Assembly: GCF_963921235.1 (NCBI RefSeq)
Contig: NC_086108.1
Location: 104,658,001-104,722,000 of the forward strand
Origin: Mobula hypostoma
Taxonomy: Eukaryota
Direction: 5' to 3'
Length of the DNA stretch: 64,000 nucleotides
Shown: piece after piece, positions 12,501 through 24,154 of the stretch
How the letters are laid out: each line of letters starts with the position of its first letter
Position numbering within the stretch: position 1 is the first letter of the stretch
Made by a program: the position numbers and the translations under genes
Notes under the pieces: generated by a model
The model's database searches: none
What the model saw: only the letters and a program-made list of their open reading frames with translations
What the model was told of the DNA's origin: nothing

Positions 12501-12549
12501 CCTTGTGGCTACAGGGGTCACGGGGTATGGAGGGAAGGCTGGGTTCTGA
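9544..12549 (+). CDS. CR1 ORF2 polyprotein: APE endonuclease + reverse transcriptase (about 1001 aa from first ATG)
   Basis: No stops. APE motifs NARS, GITETW, YRPP, GDFN, SDH; RT motifs QHGF, DFQKAFD, GVPQGSVLGP, FADD. The ORF-track start at 9445 is a GTG inside the upstream SINE; first in-frame ATG is 9544. Confidence 0.9.
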   Translation: MLHVGGNQIKAARCEEVSSQQRDGNQCRETEECKVSVEAKSTKGKSKSGRPTNPGQALKRAKRVVKERLKALCVNARSIRNKVDELKVQIVINDYDIVGITETWLQGDQGWELNVQGYSIFRRDRHEGRGGGVALLVKKEINAIERKDISREDVESIWVELRNTKGQKTLLGVVYRPPNSSSEVGDGIKQEIRNVCNKGTAVIMGDFNLHVDWVNQIGKGAEEEDFLECMRDGFLNQHVEEPTREQAILDWVLSNEEGLISDLVVRGPLGKSDHNMVEFFINMESDVVNSETKVLNLKRGNFEGMRHELAKIDWQMTLQGLTVDMQWQAFKGCMDELQQLFIPVWQKNKSRKVVHPWLTREIRDSINSKEVAYKLARESGSPEDWEKFRVQQRRTKGLIRKGKKDYERKLAENIKTDCKSFYRYVKRKRLIKTNVGPLQTETGELIMGSKDMADQLNNYFGSVFTKEDINNLPEIVRDRGSSEMEELSEIHVSREVVLGKLKGLKADKSPGPDGLHPRVLKEVAQEIVDALVIIFQNSLDSGLVPEDWRVANVTPLFKKGGREKPGNYRPVSLTSVVGKLLESVIKDVITAHLESGEMIGQSQHGFVKGKSCLTNLIEFFEDVTSRVDRGEPVDVVYLDFQKAFDKVPHRRLVCKLKAHGIGGKVLVWVENWLADRKQRVGINGTFSEWQAVTSGVPQGSVLGPQLFTIYINDLDEGIKCSISKFADDTKLGGSVSSEEDAKRMQGDLDRLGEWANSWQMQFNVDKCEVIHFGGKNRKTDYYLNGGRLGKGEVQRDLGVIIHQSLKVGMQVQQAVKKANGMLAFIARGFEYRSREVLLQLYKALVRPHLEYCVQFWSPNLRKDILAIEGVQRRFTRLIPGMAGLSYEERLDELGLYSLEFRRLRGDLIETYKILKGLDRLDAGRLFPMLGRSRTRGHSLRIEGKPFRTEVRKNFFTQRVVNLWNSLPQQTVEASSLAMFKRKLDMALVATGVTGYGGKAGF

Positions 12550-12647
12550 GTTGGATGATCAGCCATGATCATAATAAATGGCGGTGCAGGCTCGAAGGGC
12601 CGAATGGCCTACTCCTGCACCTATTTTCTATGTTTCTATGTTTCTAT
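9544..12647 (+). mobile_element. CR1 LINE with intact ORF2 (ORF1 absent), (tttctatg)3 tail
   Basis: Full APE+RT ORF, short 3' UTR with ggtgcaggctcgaagggccgaatggcctactcctgcacc hairpin, octamer microsatellite tail. Confidence 0.95.
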
Positions 12648-12994
12648 AAGTAATTATATAAATTACAAGCAGGCATAAATTGTTAAAGTGAAAATAAGTA
12701 AACAGTCTAATCAAAAACCTGCGCCCACCCACCCCCCGACCCCAGACCTTCCTTTGGTCTGGTTTCCCTGTGTCTGAGGCGTGAAGTGTGTTTCTACTGT
12801 AGACTGTTACTAAGCAGTGTGCGGAGCACAGCCTGGGCTCCAAAAGCATTTCACATCTTAAATGACTTCTTAAATAAGATGACATTCTTGAATTTCATTG
12901 CCCCTTCCTCAGATTTTCCAATGACAATATATTTCCTAAGGACACCACAGGAGAAATATTCATTTAAAATCGACATGGCTTTGTGAGCATCAGA

Positions 12995-13870
12995 TTGTGC
13001 ACGATATCCTGATTAAATTCTCTGAGGAAATGACAAAACAAATTGATGAAAATAAAGTCAAATCTCAAACAAAAGAAAATCTGCAGATGCTGCAAGGTGC
13101 TTGATAAGGTTGGAGCTCAGAAAATTAAGAGGAATGGTGCTTAGGGAACTTGGCTGTGGGTACTGAATTGGCTTGCCCATAGAAGGCAGAGGGTGGATGT
13201 AGATGGAGTGTATTCTGCCTGGAGGTTGGTTTCTAGTGGTGTTCCACAGGGATCTTTCTAGGTCCCCTGTTCTTTGTTATCTTTACAAAGAGCTTGGATG
13301 AAGAACTTGAAGGGTGAGTTAGTAAGTTTGCAGGTGACATGAAGGTTGGTGGAGATGTGGATAGTGTAGGCAGAAAGGACAACTTAAATGATGTTATTAA
13401 AATGTTCATAACAATCAAAAATATTGCTTTAAAATCCATTGAATTTTGAAACATTTATACTGAAGTACTGTATTAGATTAAAAGCTGTGGGAGCAAACTG
13501 AAGAGCCACATGGAGTTTGTGTTCAAAATGACAGGCAATTTATTAAAAACTAGTGCACACCAGGAGACCAGCCAAAGCTGATCTACCTGAGCATGAATTT
13601 GGAGAATTTTGCACCCCCGTTCACAAGATTACCAGTAAATCTACATTTTCATAAGAATGGTGGCTACAGGAAGATTTAATTAAGATGGAACTTAATGTAG
13701 ACAAGTGCAAGGTGTTGCACTATGGAAGGACCAACCAGGGTAGGACATTGAATGGTAGGGCACTGGAGAGTGTGGTAGAACAGAGGGATCTGGGAATGCA
13801 GATCCTTTATTCTTTCAAAGAGGCATCACAGGTAGATAGTGTGGAATGAGCTGCCATGGAAGCGGTGGAT
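12995..13870 (+). mobile_element. Degenerate CR1 RT fragments (with a pLTR-tail scrap at ~13066-13092)
   Basis: agtggtgttccacagggatc, aagtttgcaggtgac, gacaagtgcaaggtgttgcac motifs. Confidence 0.65.
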
Positions 13871-13994
13871 GAAAACTCTGAAGAGCTGTTCCCAGTCCCT
13901 GGTCACTTCACCTGCTTTTCATGAGATCTTGCCATGTGGAAATTGTTATTTCCTGTATTACAACTGTGCGTAGTGGACAACAAGGAAGCCCAAA

Positions 13995-15278
13995 GCTTGC
14001 AGTGAGCTAGGAAAAGGGGGCTGAAAAAAAAATGCAGATGGAATTTGATGTAGATAGGTGGGAGGTGTTGCACTTTGGTAGAACCAGCCATGGTAGGACT
14101 TACACATTGAACGGTAGAGCACCGAGTGTGGTAGAACAGAGGGATCTGGGAATACAGATGGCTAATTGTTTGAAAATGATGTCACAGGTAGATAGAGTCA
14201 TAAAGAGCTTTGGCACATTGACCTTCATAAATTAGGGCAGGAGTTGGGATGTTATGTTGAAGTTGTACAAGACATTTGCAAGGGCTAACTTGGAGTATTA
14301 TGTGCAGTTTTGGTCATCTACCTACAGGAAAGATATCAATGAGATTGTAAGAGTAGAAAGACATTTTACAAGTATGTTGACAGGACCCAAGTTATAAGGA
14401 AAGGTTGAATACCTGCTTTGCTGCCGCTGCTACTGTGCAGTCAAGAATCTCCGGAGGGGAAGGCCCCAAATCCTTGGCTTTGCCTATTGCCGGGGTCAAA
14501 GCGCTTGGCATAGATGGTGCTCGGTGTCAGAGGGTCGAAGTTTTTGGACGGACTCGAGTGGATTGTGGTTGGGTGCTTCCAGGGTGCTGCATCAGTAAGT
14601 TTGCGGCACTAGAAGCTCATGGCAGGGAGAGTTTTTCTTCCTTCTACTATCTGCGTGAGATGGAACTTTTGAGAGACTTTGAGACTTTTTTTTTTAACCG
14701 TGTCCATGGTCTGTTCTTTATCAAATTACGGTATTGCTTTGCACTGTTGTAACTATGTTATAGTTATGTCAGTTTTTCAGTCTTGGTTTGTCTTGTGTTT
14801 CTGTGATATCATTCTGGAGGAACATTGTATCATTTCTTAATGCATGCATTACTAAAAGAGGACTGCGTGTCCTCAATGTAATAAGTTAGGACTTTATTTA
14901 CTGGAGTGTAGTAGAATGAGGGGGTGTTTGATAGAGGTATACAAAATTGAGGGATATCGCTAAGGTAAATACAAGCAGATATTTTCCACTGAGGTCAGGT
15001 GAGAATAGAACTAGAGGAGATAGGTCAAGGTGAAAAAGGTGAAGAATTTAAGGAGAAACTTAATCTCTGACAGTCTTGTGAGTGTGGAAAAATCTGTCAG
15101 CAGACACGATGGATGTGGGTTTGACTAACATTTAAGGGAAGTTTGTCCAAGTACATAGATGGGAAGGACATGGAGTGCTAAGAACAAGATGCATGTCAAT
15201 GGACTAGGCTGAATAATAGTTTGGCATGGACTAGATGGGCAGAAGGGCCTGTCTTTATGCAATAGTGCTCTATGACTA
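13995..15278 (+). mobile_element. CR1 3' portion interrupted by an unclassified repeat (14412-14879)
   Basis: ORF 14032..14235 QMEFDVDRWEVLHFGRT; the CR1 sequence gaaaggttgaata|agttaggac is split by the insertion. Confidence 0.8.
14412..14879 (+). repeat. Unclassified ~0.6-kb non-coding retroposon, copy 1 (5'-truncated)
   Basis: Collinear with 26500-27115 and 53078-53676, all ending aaagaggactgcgtgtcctc. Confidence 0.8.
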
Positions 15279-16477
15279 AGTAGAGAGACAAACCTGATTG
15301 CAGAAATGCAATTATCTACAGACTAACAAAATCCAGTTTTCTATTACAGTAAATGTGCATGCTTAAACACAATGAGTGAAGTTCCTGAAACCCAGTGTTC
15401 TTGCTGCTGTATCCCATGTCTCTTCTGCTAGGGCTTTTCTGTAGTTCCCTGTTACCACATTAGCACAATCTACATCTCTGTTTACTAATTATTAGCCCCT
15501 CTACTCTTTCCCATACAAGACATAGAAAACAAATTATTTGGGGACAGGAAATGTCACAAATAAGCCCCTAAGACATAGGAGCAGAAGTAGGCCACCTAGC
15601 CCATCCAGTCTGCTCTGCCATTCAGTCATGGTTAATCCTTTTCTTCTCTCCTGAGCTTCACTCCCCAGTCTTCTCCCATAACCTTTAATGCTGTATCCAA
15701 TCAAGAACCTATCAAGCTCTACCTCAAATACACCCAGCAACCTAGCCTTCACAGCTGCCTGTGGTAATAAATTCCACAAATTCATCATCCTCTGGCAAGG
15801 GAAGTTTCTCCACATCTGTTTTAAATGGATGCCCATCTATCCTGGGACTGTGCCCTCTTGTCCTAGACTCCCCCACCATGGGAAACATCCTTTCCACATA
15901 TACTGTATAGGCCTTTCAAAATTTGAAAGGTTTTCATGAGATCCCCTCATCCTTCTAAATCCCAACAAGCACAGACCCAGAGCCATCAAACTTTCCTCAT
16001 ATAATAACCCTTTCATTCCTAGAATCATCCTAGTGAACCTCCTCTGGACCTTCTCCAATACCAGCACATCTTTTCTAAAATGAGACCAAACATGTACACA
16101 ATACAAGGTGAGGTCTCACCAGTTGTCAGGGCGCTGGAGCAGGGATCCAATTGCAGACCCAGTACTGTGCACACAGTGATATTAATTGAGTAACAAATCC
16201 AGAGGTGCAAACAAAGTCAGCATCAAAGTTCAGGCAGAGATCAAAATATCCAGAGAAATCCAAAAACCAGAGTCAGGAAACAGGCAGAGTCAATATTCAG
16301 ACAGACAGAGTACAGATACAAATACTGGAGAGGATCACAAAAATTCACTGACAGAATCTGGCAACAAACAGCTGAGAAAACAGACAACAGGAATTCTGCA
16401 GATGCTGGAAATTCAAGCAACACATAAAAGTTGCTGGTGAACGCAGCAGGCCAGGCAGCATCTCTAGGAAGAGGTGC

Positions 16478-16513
16478 AGTCGACGTTTCAGGCCGAGACC
16501 CTTCGTCAGGACT
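16478..16513 (-). ncRNA. Minimal hammerhead ribozyme motif in Penelope pLTR
   Basis: AGUC-CUGACGA-AGG(gucucgg)CCU-GAAA-CGUC-GACU: intact core, stems I and II pair, palindromic ACGU stem III typical of PLE hammerheads. Confidence 0.85.
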
Positions 16514-16810
16514 AACTGAAGGAAGAGTGAGTAAGGGATTTGAAAGTTGGAGGGGGAGGGGGAGGGGGAGATCCAAAATGATAGGAGAAGACAGGAGGGG
16601 GAGGGATGGAGCCAAGAGCTGGACAGGTGATAGGCAAAAGGGATACGAGAGGATCATGGGACAGGAGGTCCGGGAAGAAAGATGGGGGGGGTGGGAACCA
16701 GAGGATGGGCAAGGGGTATAGTGAGAGGGACAGAGGGAGAAAAAGGAGAGAGAGAAAGAATGTGTGTATAAAAATAAGTAACAGATGGGGTACGAGGGGG
16801 AGGTGGGGCC

Positions 16811-18296
16811 TTAGCGGAAGTTAGAGAAGTCGATGTTCATGCCATCAGGTTGGAAGCTACCCAGACAGAATATAAGGTTTTGTTCCTCCAACCTGAGTGT
16901 GGCTTCATCTTTACAGTAGAGGAGGCCGTGGATAGACATGTCAGAATGGGAATGGGATGTGGAATTAAAATGTGTGGCCACTGGGAGATCCTGCTTTCTC
17001 TGGCAGACAGAGCGTAGATGTTCAGCAAAGCGGTCTCCCAGTCTGCGGCGGGTCTCGCCAATATATAAAAGGCCACATCGGGAGCACCGGACGCAGTATA
17101 TCACCCCAGCCGACTCACAGGTGAAGTGTTGCCCCACCTGGAAGGACTGTTTGGGGCCCTGAATGGTGGTAAGGGGGAAGTGTAAGGGCATGTGTAGCAC
17201 TTGTTCCGCTTACACGGATAAGTGCCAGGAGGGAGATCAGTGGGGAGGGATGGGGGGGACGAATGGACAAGGGAGTCGCGTAGGGAGCGATCCCTGCGGA
17301 ATGCAAGGGGGGGAACGGAAAGATGTGCTTAGTGGTGGGATCCCGTTGGAGGTGGCAGAAGTTACGGAGAATAATATGTTGGACCCGGAGGCTGGTGGGG
17401 TGGTAGGTGAGGACCAGGGGAACCCTATTCCTAGTGGGGTGGCGGGAGGATGGAGTGAGAGCAGATGTACGTGAAATGGGGGAGATGTGTTTAAGAGCAG
17501 AGTTGATAGCGGAGGAAGGGAAGCCCCTTTCTTTCAAAAAGGAGGACATCTCCCTCGTCCTAGAATGAAAAGCTTCATCCTGAGAGCAGATGCGGCAGAG
17601 ACAGAGGAATTGCGAGAAGGGGATGGCGTTTTTGCAAGAGACAGGGTGAGAAGAGGAATAGTCCAGATAGCTGTGAGAGTTAGTAGGCTTATAGTAGACA
17701 TCAGTGGATAAGCTGTCTCCAGAGACAGAGACAGAAAGATCTAGAAAGGGGAGGGAGGTGTCGGAAATGGACCAGGTAAACTTGAGGGCAGGGTGAAAGT
17801 TGGAGGCAAAGTTAATAAAGTCAATGAGTTCTGCATGCGTGCAGGAAGCAGTGCCAATGCAGTCGTCGATGTAGCGAAGGAAAAGTGGGGGACAGATACC
17901 AGAATAGGCACGGAACATAGATTGTTCCACAAAGCCAACAAAAAGGCAGGCATAGCTAGGACCCATACGGGTGCCCATAGCTACACCTTTAGTTTGGAGG
18001 AAGTGGGAGGAGCCAAAGGAGAAATTATTAAGAGTAAGGACTAATTCCGCTAGACGGAGCAGAGTGGTGGTAGAGGGGAACTGATTAGGTCTGGAATCCA
18101 AAAAGCGTAGAGCTTTGAGACCTTCCTGATGGGGGATGGAAGTATATAGGGACTGGACATCCATGGTGAAAATAAAGCGGAGGGGGCCAGGGAACTTAAA
18201 ATTATCAAAAAGTTTAAGAACGTGAGAAGTGTCACGAACATAGGTCGGAAGGGATTGAACAAGGGGGGATAAAACCGTGTCAAGGTATGCAGAAAC
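16811..18296 (-). pseudogene. Penelope RT + GIY-YIG endonuclease, N-terminally truncated and frameshifted
   Basis: ORF 17115..18374 (FTMDVQSLYTSIP, QTKGVAMG, LRYIDD, LPFLD, YYKPT) and 16811..17200 (GVIYCVRCSRCGLLYIGETRRRLGDRFAEH). Confidence 0.9.
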
Positions 18297-21200
18297 GAAC
18301 AGGGGGGGATAAAACCGTGTCAAGGTATGCAGAAACACCATCCCCTTCTCACAATTCCTCCGTCTCCGCCGCATCTGCTCTCAGGATGAGGCTTTTCATT
18401 CTAGGACGAGGGAGATGGCTTCATTTTTTAAAGAAAGGGGCTTCCCTTCCTCCACTATCAACTCTGCTCTTAAACGCATCTCCCCCATTTCACGTACATC
18501 TGCTCTCACTCCATCCTCCCGCCACTCCACTAGGAATAGGGTTCTCCTGGTCCTCACCTACCACCCCACCAGCCTCCGGGTTCAACATATTATTCTCCGT
18601 AACTTCCGCCACCTCCAATGGGATCCCACCAATAAGCACATCTTTCCCTCCCCCCCTGCATTCCACAGGGATCGCTCCCTACGCAACTCCCTTGTCCATT
18701 CGTCCCCCCCATCCCTTCCCACTGATCTCCCTCCTGGCACTTATCCGTGTAAGTGGAACAAGTGCTACATATGCCCTTACACTTCCCCCTTACCACCATT
18801 CAGGGCCCCAAACAGTCCTTCCAGGTGAGGCAACACTTCACCTGTGAGTCATCTGGGGTGGTATACTGCGTCCGGTGCTCCCGATGTGGCCTTTTATATA
18901 TTGGCGAGACCCGACGCAGACTGGGAGACCGCTTTGCTGAACATCTACACTCTGTCCGCCAGAGAAAGCAGGATCTCCCAGTGGCCATTTTAATTCCACA
19001 TCCCATTCCCATTCTGACATGTCTATCCACAGCCTCCTCTACTGTAAAGATGAAGCCACACTCAGGTTGGAGGAACAACACCTTATATTCTGTCTGGGTA
19101 GCCTCCAACCTGATGGCATGAACATCGACTTCTCTAACTTCCACTAATGCCCGACCTCCCCCTCATACCCCATCTGTTACTTATTTTTATACACACATTC
19201 TTTCTCTCTCTCTCCTTTTTCTCCCTCTATCCCTCTGAATATACCCCTTGCCCATCCTCTGGGTCACCCCCCCCCTTGTCTTTCTCCCTGGGCCTCCTGT
19301 CCCATGATCCTCTCATATCCCCTTTGCCAATCACCTGTCCAGCTCTTGGCTCCATCCCTTCCCCTCCTGTCTTCTCCTATCATTTTGGATCTCCCCCTCC
19401 CTCTCCCTCTCCCTCTCAAATCCCTTACTAACTCTTCCTTCAGTTAGTGAAACATCAACTGCACCTCTTCCTAGAGATACTGCCTGGCCTACTACATTCA
19501 CCAGCAACTTTTATGTGTGTTAGCTGAGAACACAGGACTGAAATACACTGAGCAATAAACAGAGAGGCAGCTGTTAGGTGGAGCACAATGAGACACAGGT
19601 GGCAGCAATACAGGTAATAATGAGAACCAGATGAGAGACAGAGTACTCAGTAATACAGGGACCGGAGTAGAGCAGGAGTGAGGACAGGAGCACACAGCAA
19701 TACAAAACCACAGACTGACAGCTAGGGGGAAACACACAAAATTTCAGAGTTCGACTGGAGGTACTGACACCAGTGCCTTATAAACCCTCAGCATCACATC
19801 CTTCTCTTGAATTTTAAACCTCTTTAGGGTGTTTTGCAGAAGAACTCCCAAGTCTCTTTGCATCTCAGATTTTTGGATTTTCTCCTTGTTTGCAAAATAG
19901 TCTGCACATTTATTTCTATTATCAAAATGCATGGTCATGTATTTTTGCAACATTGTATTTCATTTGCCACTCTTTTGCCCATTCTCCTAATCTGTCCAAG
20001 TCCTTCTACAACCTATCTGTTTCCTCAACATTACCTGCCCCTCCATCAATCTTCTTATCCTCGGCAAACTTGGCAACAAAGCTATCTATTCCATCATCTA
20101 AATCATTGATATACAGCATAAAAAGAAATGGTCCCAACACCGACCCCTGTGGAACACTACTACTCACTGGTAGTCAAACAGTAAAGGATCCTTTTATTCC
20201 CACTTGCTGCCTCCTACCAATCAGCCAATGGTCTAACCATGCCAATACCTTTCCTGTAATACCATGGACTCTTAATTTGGTAAGCAGCCTCATGTGTGGC
20301 ACCTTGTCAAAGGTCTTCTGAAAATCCAAATATACAACATCCACTGCATCCCCTTTATCTTTCCTATGTGTAATCACCTCAAAGAATTCCAACAGGTTAA
20401 TCAGGCAGGATTTTCCCTTAAGGAAACCATGCTGATTTTGTCCTGTGTCATCTAGTACTCCATCACCTCATCCTTAACAATTGACTCCAAATCCTTCCTA
20501 ACCACTGAGGTCAGGTTAACTGGTCTATAGTTTTCTTCCTGCTGCCTTCCTCCTTTCTTAAAGTGTGGAAGTGTGGAGTGACATTTGCAATTTTTCAGTC
20601 CTCTGGCTCCATGCTAGAGTCCAATTATTTTTGAAAGATCATTACTAATGCCTCCACAATCTCTACCACTACCTCTTTCAGAACTTTAAGGTGCAGTTCA
20701 TGTGGGCCGGGTGACTTATGTACCCTTAGGTCCTTCAGCTTTTTGAGCACCTTCTTCCTTGTAATAGTAACTGCACTCACTTCTCTTCCCTCACACCCTT
20801 CAACATCTGGCACACTGCTGGTGTCTTCTGATGCAAAAGACTCACTTAGTTCATCTGCCATCTCCTTGTCCCCCATTATTATTTCTCCACCCTCATTTTC
20901 TAGTGGTCCTATATTTACTCTAGTCTCTCTTATATTTAATATACTTCAAAAAGCTTTCACTAACAACTTTGATATTATGTGCTGGCTTGCTTTCATACTT
21001 TATCTTTTCCCTCCTAATGATTCTTTTAGTTGCTCTCTGTAGGGGTTTAAAAGGTTTCCAATCCTCTGTCTTCCCAGCAATTTTTGCTTTGTTGTATGCC
21101 CTCACTTTTGTTTTTACATCAGCTTTGACTTCACCTTGTCAGCCACAGCTGAGTATTTCTTCATTTTTGTAATACGTCTATCTTGCAGCTTCCTCATTTT

Positions 21201-21449
21201 TCCCAGAAACTCATGCCATTGCTGCTCTGCTGTCATCCCTGCCAGTATCTTCTTCCAATTTACTTTGGACAACTCCTCACTCATACCACTGTAATCTCCT
21301 TTACTCCACTGAAATACTGCTACATCAGACTTTACTTTCTCCCTATCAAATTTCAAGTTGAACTCAATGACGTTGTGATCACTGCCTCCTAAGGGTTCTT
21401 TTACCTTAAGCTCCCTAACCACCTCTGGTTCATTATATAGAACCCAATC

Positions 21450-21648
21450 CAAGTCAAGTCACTTTTTATTGTCATTTTGACCATAAACTGCTGATACAGT
21501 ACACAGTAAAAATAAAACAACGTTCCTCCAGGACCATGGCGCTACATGAAACAACACAAAACTACACTAGACTAAGTGAGACAACACAAAGCTACACTAG
21601 ACTATGTAAGACAACACAAAAACTACACTTAGACTACAGACCTACACA
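21450..21648 (-). repeat. Non-LTR 3' tail with tandem acaacacaaaactacactagact repeats
   Basis: aagtcaagtcactttttattg tail; about 3 copies of a ~30-bp unit at 21550-21640. Confidence 0.55.
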
Positions 21649-21649
21649 A

Positions 21650-22060
21650 CCCTAACAAACCTGCCCACGAGAATATTGGTTCAGGTGCAACCCATCTCTT
21701 TTGAACCTCCCCCAGAATATATCCCAATGAAGCCCTGCCCCCTGCACCAGCTTCTCGGCCATGCATTAATATGCCAAATAAGCCTATTTCTACCCTCATG
21801 GGCAGCAATCCAGAAATTACCAAGTGGGGGGTTTTGCTTCTCAGCTTTCTAGCTAGCTCTCTAAATTCTCTTTTCAGGACCTCTTTGCTTTTTGTTCCTA
21901 TGTCATTGGTACCAATACGTACTAAGGTATTTGGCTGCTCTCTGTCTCTCTCCAAAATGCTGTGGACGTGATCTGAGACATCCCTGACCCTGGCATCTGG
22001 GAGGCAATCTTCCATTCGGGCATCCCGTTCATGTCCACCGTATCTCCTATCTGTTCCCCT
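21650..22060 (-). pseudogene. CR1 ORF1 fragment (SGNH/esterase-like)
   Basis: ORF 21629..22015 CLPDARVRDV...VRIGTNDIG...VISGLLP. Confidence 0.75.
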
Positions 22061-22164
22061 AGCTGTAATGTTCTGTGCTGTATCTTCTAAAATGGAAAAT
22101 TTTGTAATAATTTAATAAATCAGTCAGCAGCTGTGGGAAAGAAGCAAGGTTACTGAGAGGTGAC

Positions 22165-23385
22165 CTTATTGAAAGGTCTTGATAGAGTGGATATGGAGAG
22201 GATGTTTCCTATGGTGGGGGAGTCTAGGCCAGAGGACACAGCCTCAGAATAGAGACATGTCCATTTAGAATGGAGATAAGACCATAAGACCATAAGATAT
22301 AGGAGCAGAAGTAGGCCATTCGGCCCATCAAGTCTGCTCTGCCATTCAATAATGGGCTGATCCAATTATTCCAGTCATCTCCACTCCCCTGCCTTCTCTC
22401 CATACTCTTTGATGTCCTGACTAATCAAGAACCTCTGCCTTAAATACACCCAATGAATCGACCTCCATAGCCACTCGTGGCAATAAATTCCACAGATTTA
22501 CCACCCTCCGACTAAAGTAATTTTTCCACATCTCTGTTCTAAATGGATGTTCTTGAAACCTGAAGTCATGCCCTCTTGTTCTAGAATTCCCTACCATGGG
22601 AAATAACTTTGCCATATCTAACCTGTTCAAACCTTTTAACATTTGAAATGTTTCCATGAGATCCTCCCTCATTCTCCTGAACTCCAGGGAATACAGCCCA
22701 AGAGCTGCCAGATGTTCCTTATATGGTAACCCTTTCATTCCTGGAATCATTCTCGTGAATCTTCTCTGAACCCTCTCTAATGTCAGTATATCCTTTCTAA
22801 AATAAGGAGCCCAAAACTCCACACAATACTCCAAGTGTGGCCTCATGAGTGCCTTATAGAGCCTCAACATCACATCGCTGTACTTATATTCTATACCTCT
22901 AGAAATGAATGCCAACATTGCATTTGTCTTCTTCACCACCGACTCAACCTGGAGGTTAACCTTTGGGGTATCCTGCACAAAGATTCCCAAGTCTGTTTGC
23001 ATCTCTGCATTTCAAATTCTCTCCCCATCTAAATAATAGTCTGCCTGTTTATTTTTACCACCAAAGTGCACGACCATACACTTTCCAACATTGTATTTCA
23101 TTTGCCACTTCTTTGCCCATTCTCCTGTGAAGAGTAATTTCTTCAGCCAGAGAGTGGTAAACATGAGGAATTCGTTGCTACAGGTGGTTGTGGAGGTCAT
23201 GCCACTGTGTATATTCAAGGTAAAGTTTGATAGATTCTTGACTGCTCAGGGTTTCAAGGGATACGAGGAGAAGGCAGGAGATTAGGGCTGAGAGGGAAAA
23301 TGGATCAGCCATCATGAAATGGTGGAACAGACTCGATGGGCCAAATGGCCTAATTCTGCTCCTATATCTTATGGTCTTATGGTTA
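22165..23385 (+). mobile_element. CR1 3' end (+) split by an antisense CR1 (22276-23125)
   Basis: ccatttagaatggagat|...|tgaagagtaatttcttcagcc rejoin; the inner copy has a (taagacca)n tail and ORF 22421..23002. Confidence 0.85.
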
Positions 23386-23691
23386 ATCTTGCCAGTCAGA
23401 GATTCTTTGTCAAAACATCTTAATTATCTATTCACATGATTATTTAACAATACAAAATTCCCAGTTCACATTTCATCAAATATAAACAGAATTTAGATCA
23501 TTTTAGGATTTTATCACACGTAGAACAGTTCTGGCAATAATTTCTATGACGCATCTGCCGGGTTTGGCACTCAGTTAGGGTGATCCGCTGCTGGTGTGTC
23601 AAATGCAATCGAAACTGGATTTAAAACTCAAGATTAAGAGATTGAATAAATGCAGACTGATGAAAGTTGCAGATTATCCGGTAATCCTGGG

Positions 23692-24008
23692 CAACAAGAG
23701 ATTCTGCATATGCTGGAAATCCTAAGCAATGCCCACAAAATGTTGGATTTGCTCAGCAGTTCAGGTGGCATTGAAAGGGGGAACAAACAGTCTGAATGGA
23801 CATTGAACCCATGAACACTACCTCACTTTTTTTACTTCTACTTTTGCACTATTTATTTAATTTAACTATTTAATTAATGTGTTTTTTTTTCTGTTATTAT
23901 GTACTGCATTATACTGCACCGCAAATACAACAAATTTCAAGACATATGCAGGTGATAATAAACCTGATTCTGATTCCGACATTTTAGGCCGAGACCCTTC
24001 AACAGGAC
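23692..24008 (-). mobile_element. Old Penelope pLTR end interrupted by a non-LTR 3' tail (~23793-23977)
   Basis: caagagattctgcatatgctggaaatc...aaacagtc resumes at cgacattttaggccgagacccttcaacaggac (decayed hammerhead); the insert ends ctgattctgattc. Confidence 0.6.
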
Positions 24009-24118
24009 ACCATGTTACCTTAACAACAGGAATTCTGCAGATGCTGGAAATTCAAGCAACATACATCAAAGTTGCTGGTGAACGCAGCAGGCCAGGCAGC
24101 ATCTATAGGAAGAGGCGC

Positions 24119-24154
24119 AGTCGACGTTTCAGGCCGAGACCCTTCGTCAGGACT
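24119..24154 (-). ncRNA. Minimal hammerhead ribozyme motif
   Basis: Identical to 16478-16513. Confidence 0.85.

Larger units (their letters stand above)
16384..19521 (-). mobile_element. Penelope-like element (Neptune-type), 5'-truncated with inverted 3' duplicate
   Basis: Minus arm 16384-18336 (RT with GVAMG and YIDD, Cys motif, GIY-YIG); plus arm 18338-19521; 14-bp TSD agctgagaaaacag (16370-16383) / agctgagaacacag (19522-19535). Confidence 0.92.
16124..19769. mobile_element. Solo LTR (~495 bp net: 16124-16383 + 19536-19769)
   Basis: TGTCAG...CTGACA inverted termini; perfect 5-bp TSD ccagt (16119-16123 / 19770-19774); no coding content. Confidence 0.8.
15570..21452 (-). mobile_element. CR1 LINE (degenerate ORF2) split by a solo LTR that itself contains a Penelope
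   Basis: CR1 parts 15570-16123 and 19770-21452 rejoin as gaggtctcaccagt|gccttataaa; ORFs 15837..16106, 20174..20392, 20625..20876, 21114..21452. Confidence 0.9.

Noticed and set aside
14405..14752. ORFs in the unclassified repeat (also 53118..53521, 26369..26698)
   Set aside because: Frames are not conserved between copies; no recognisable domain.
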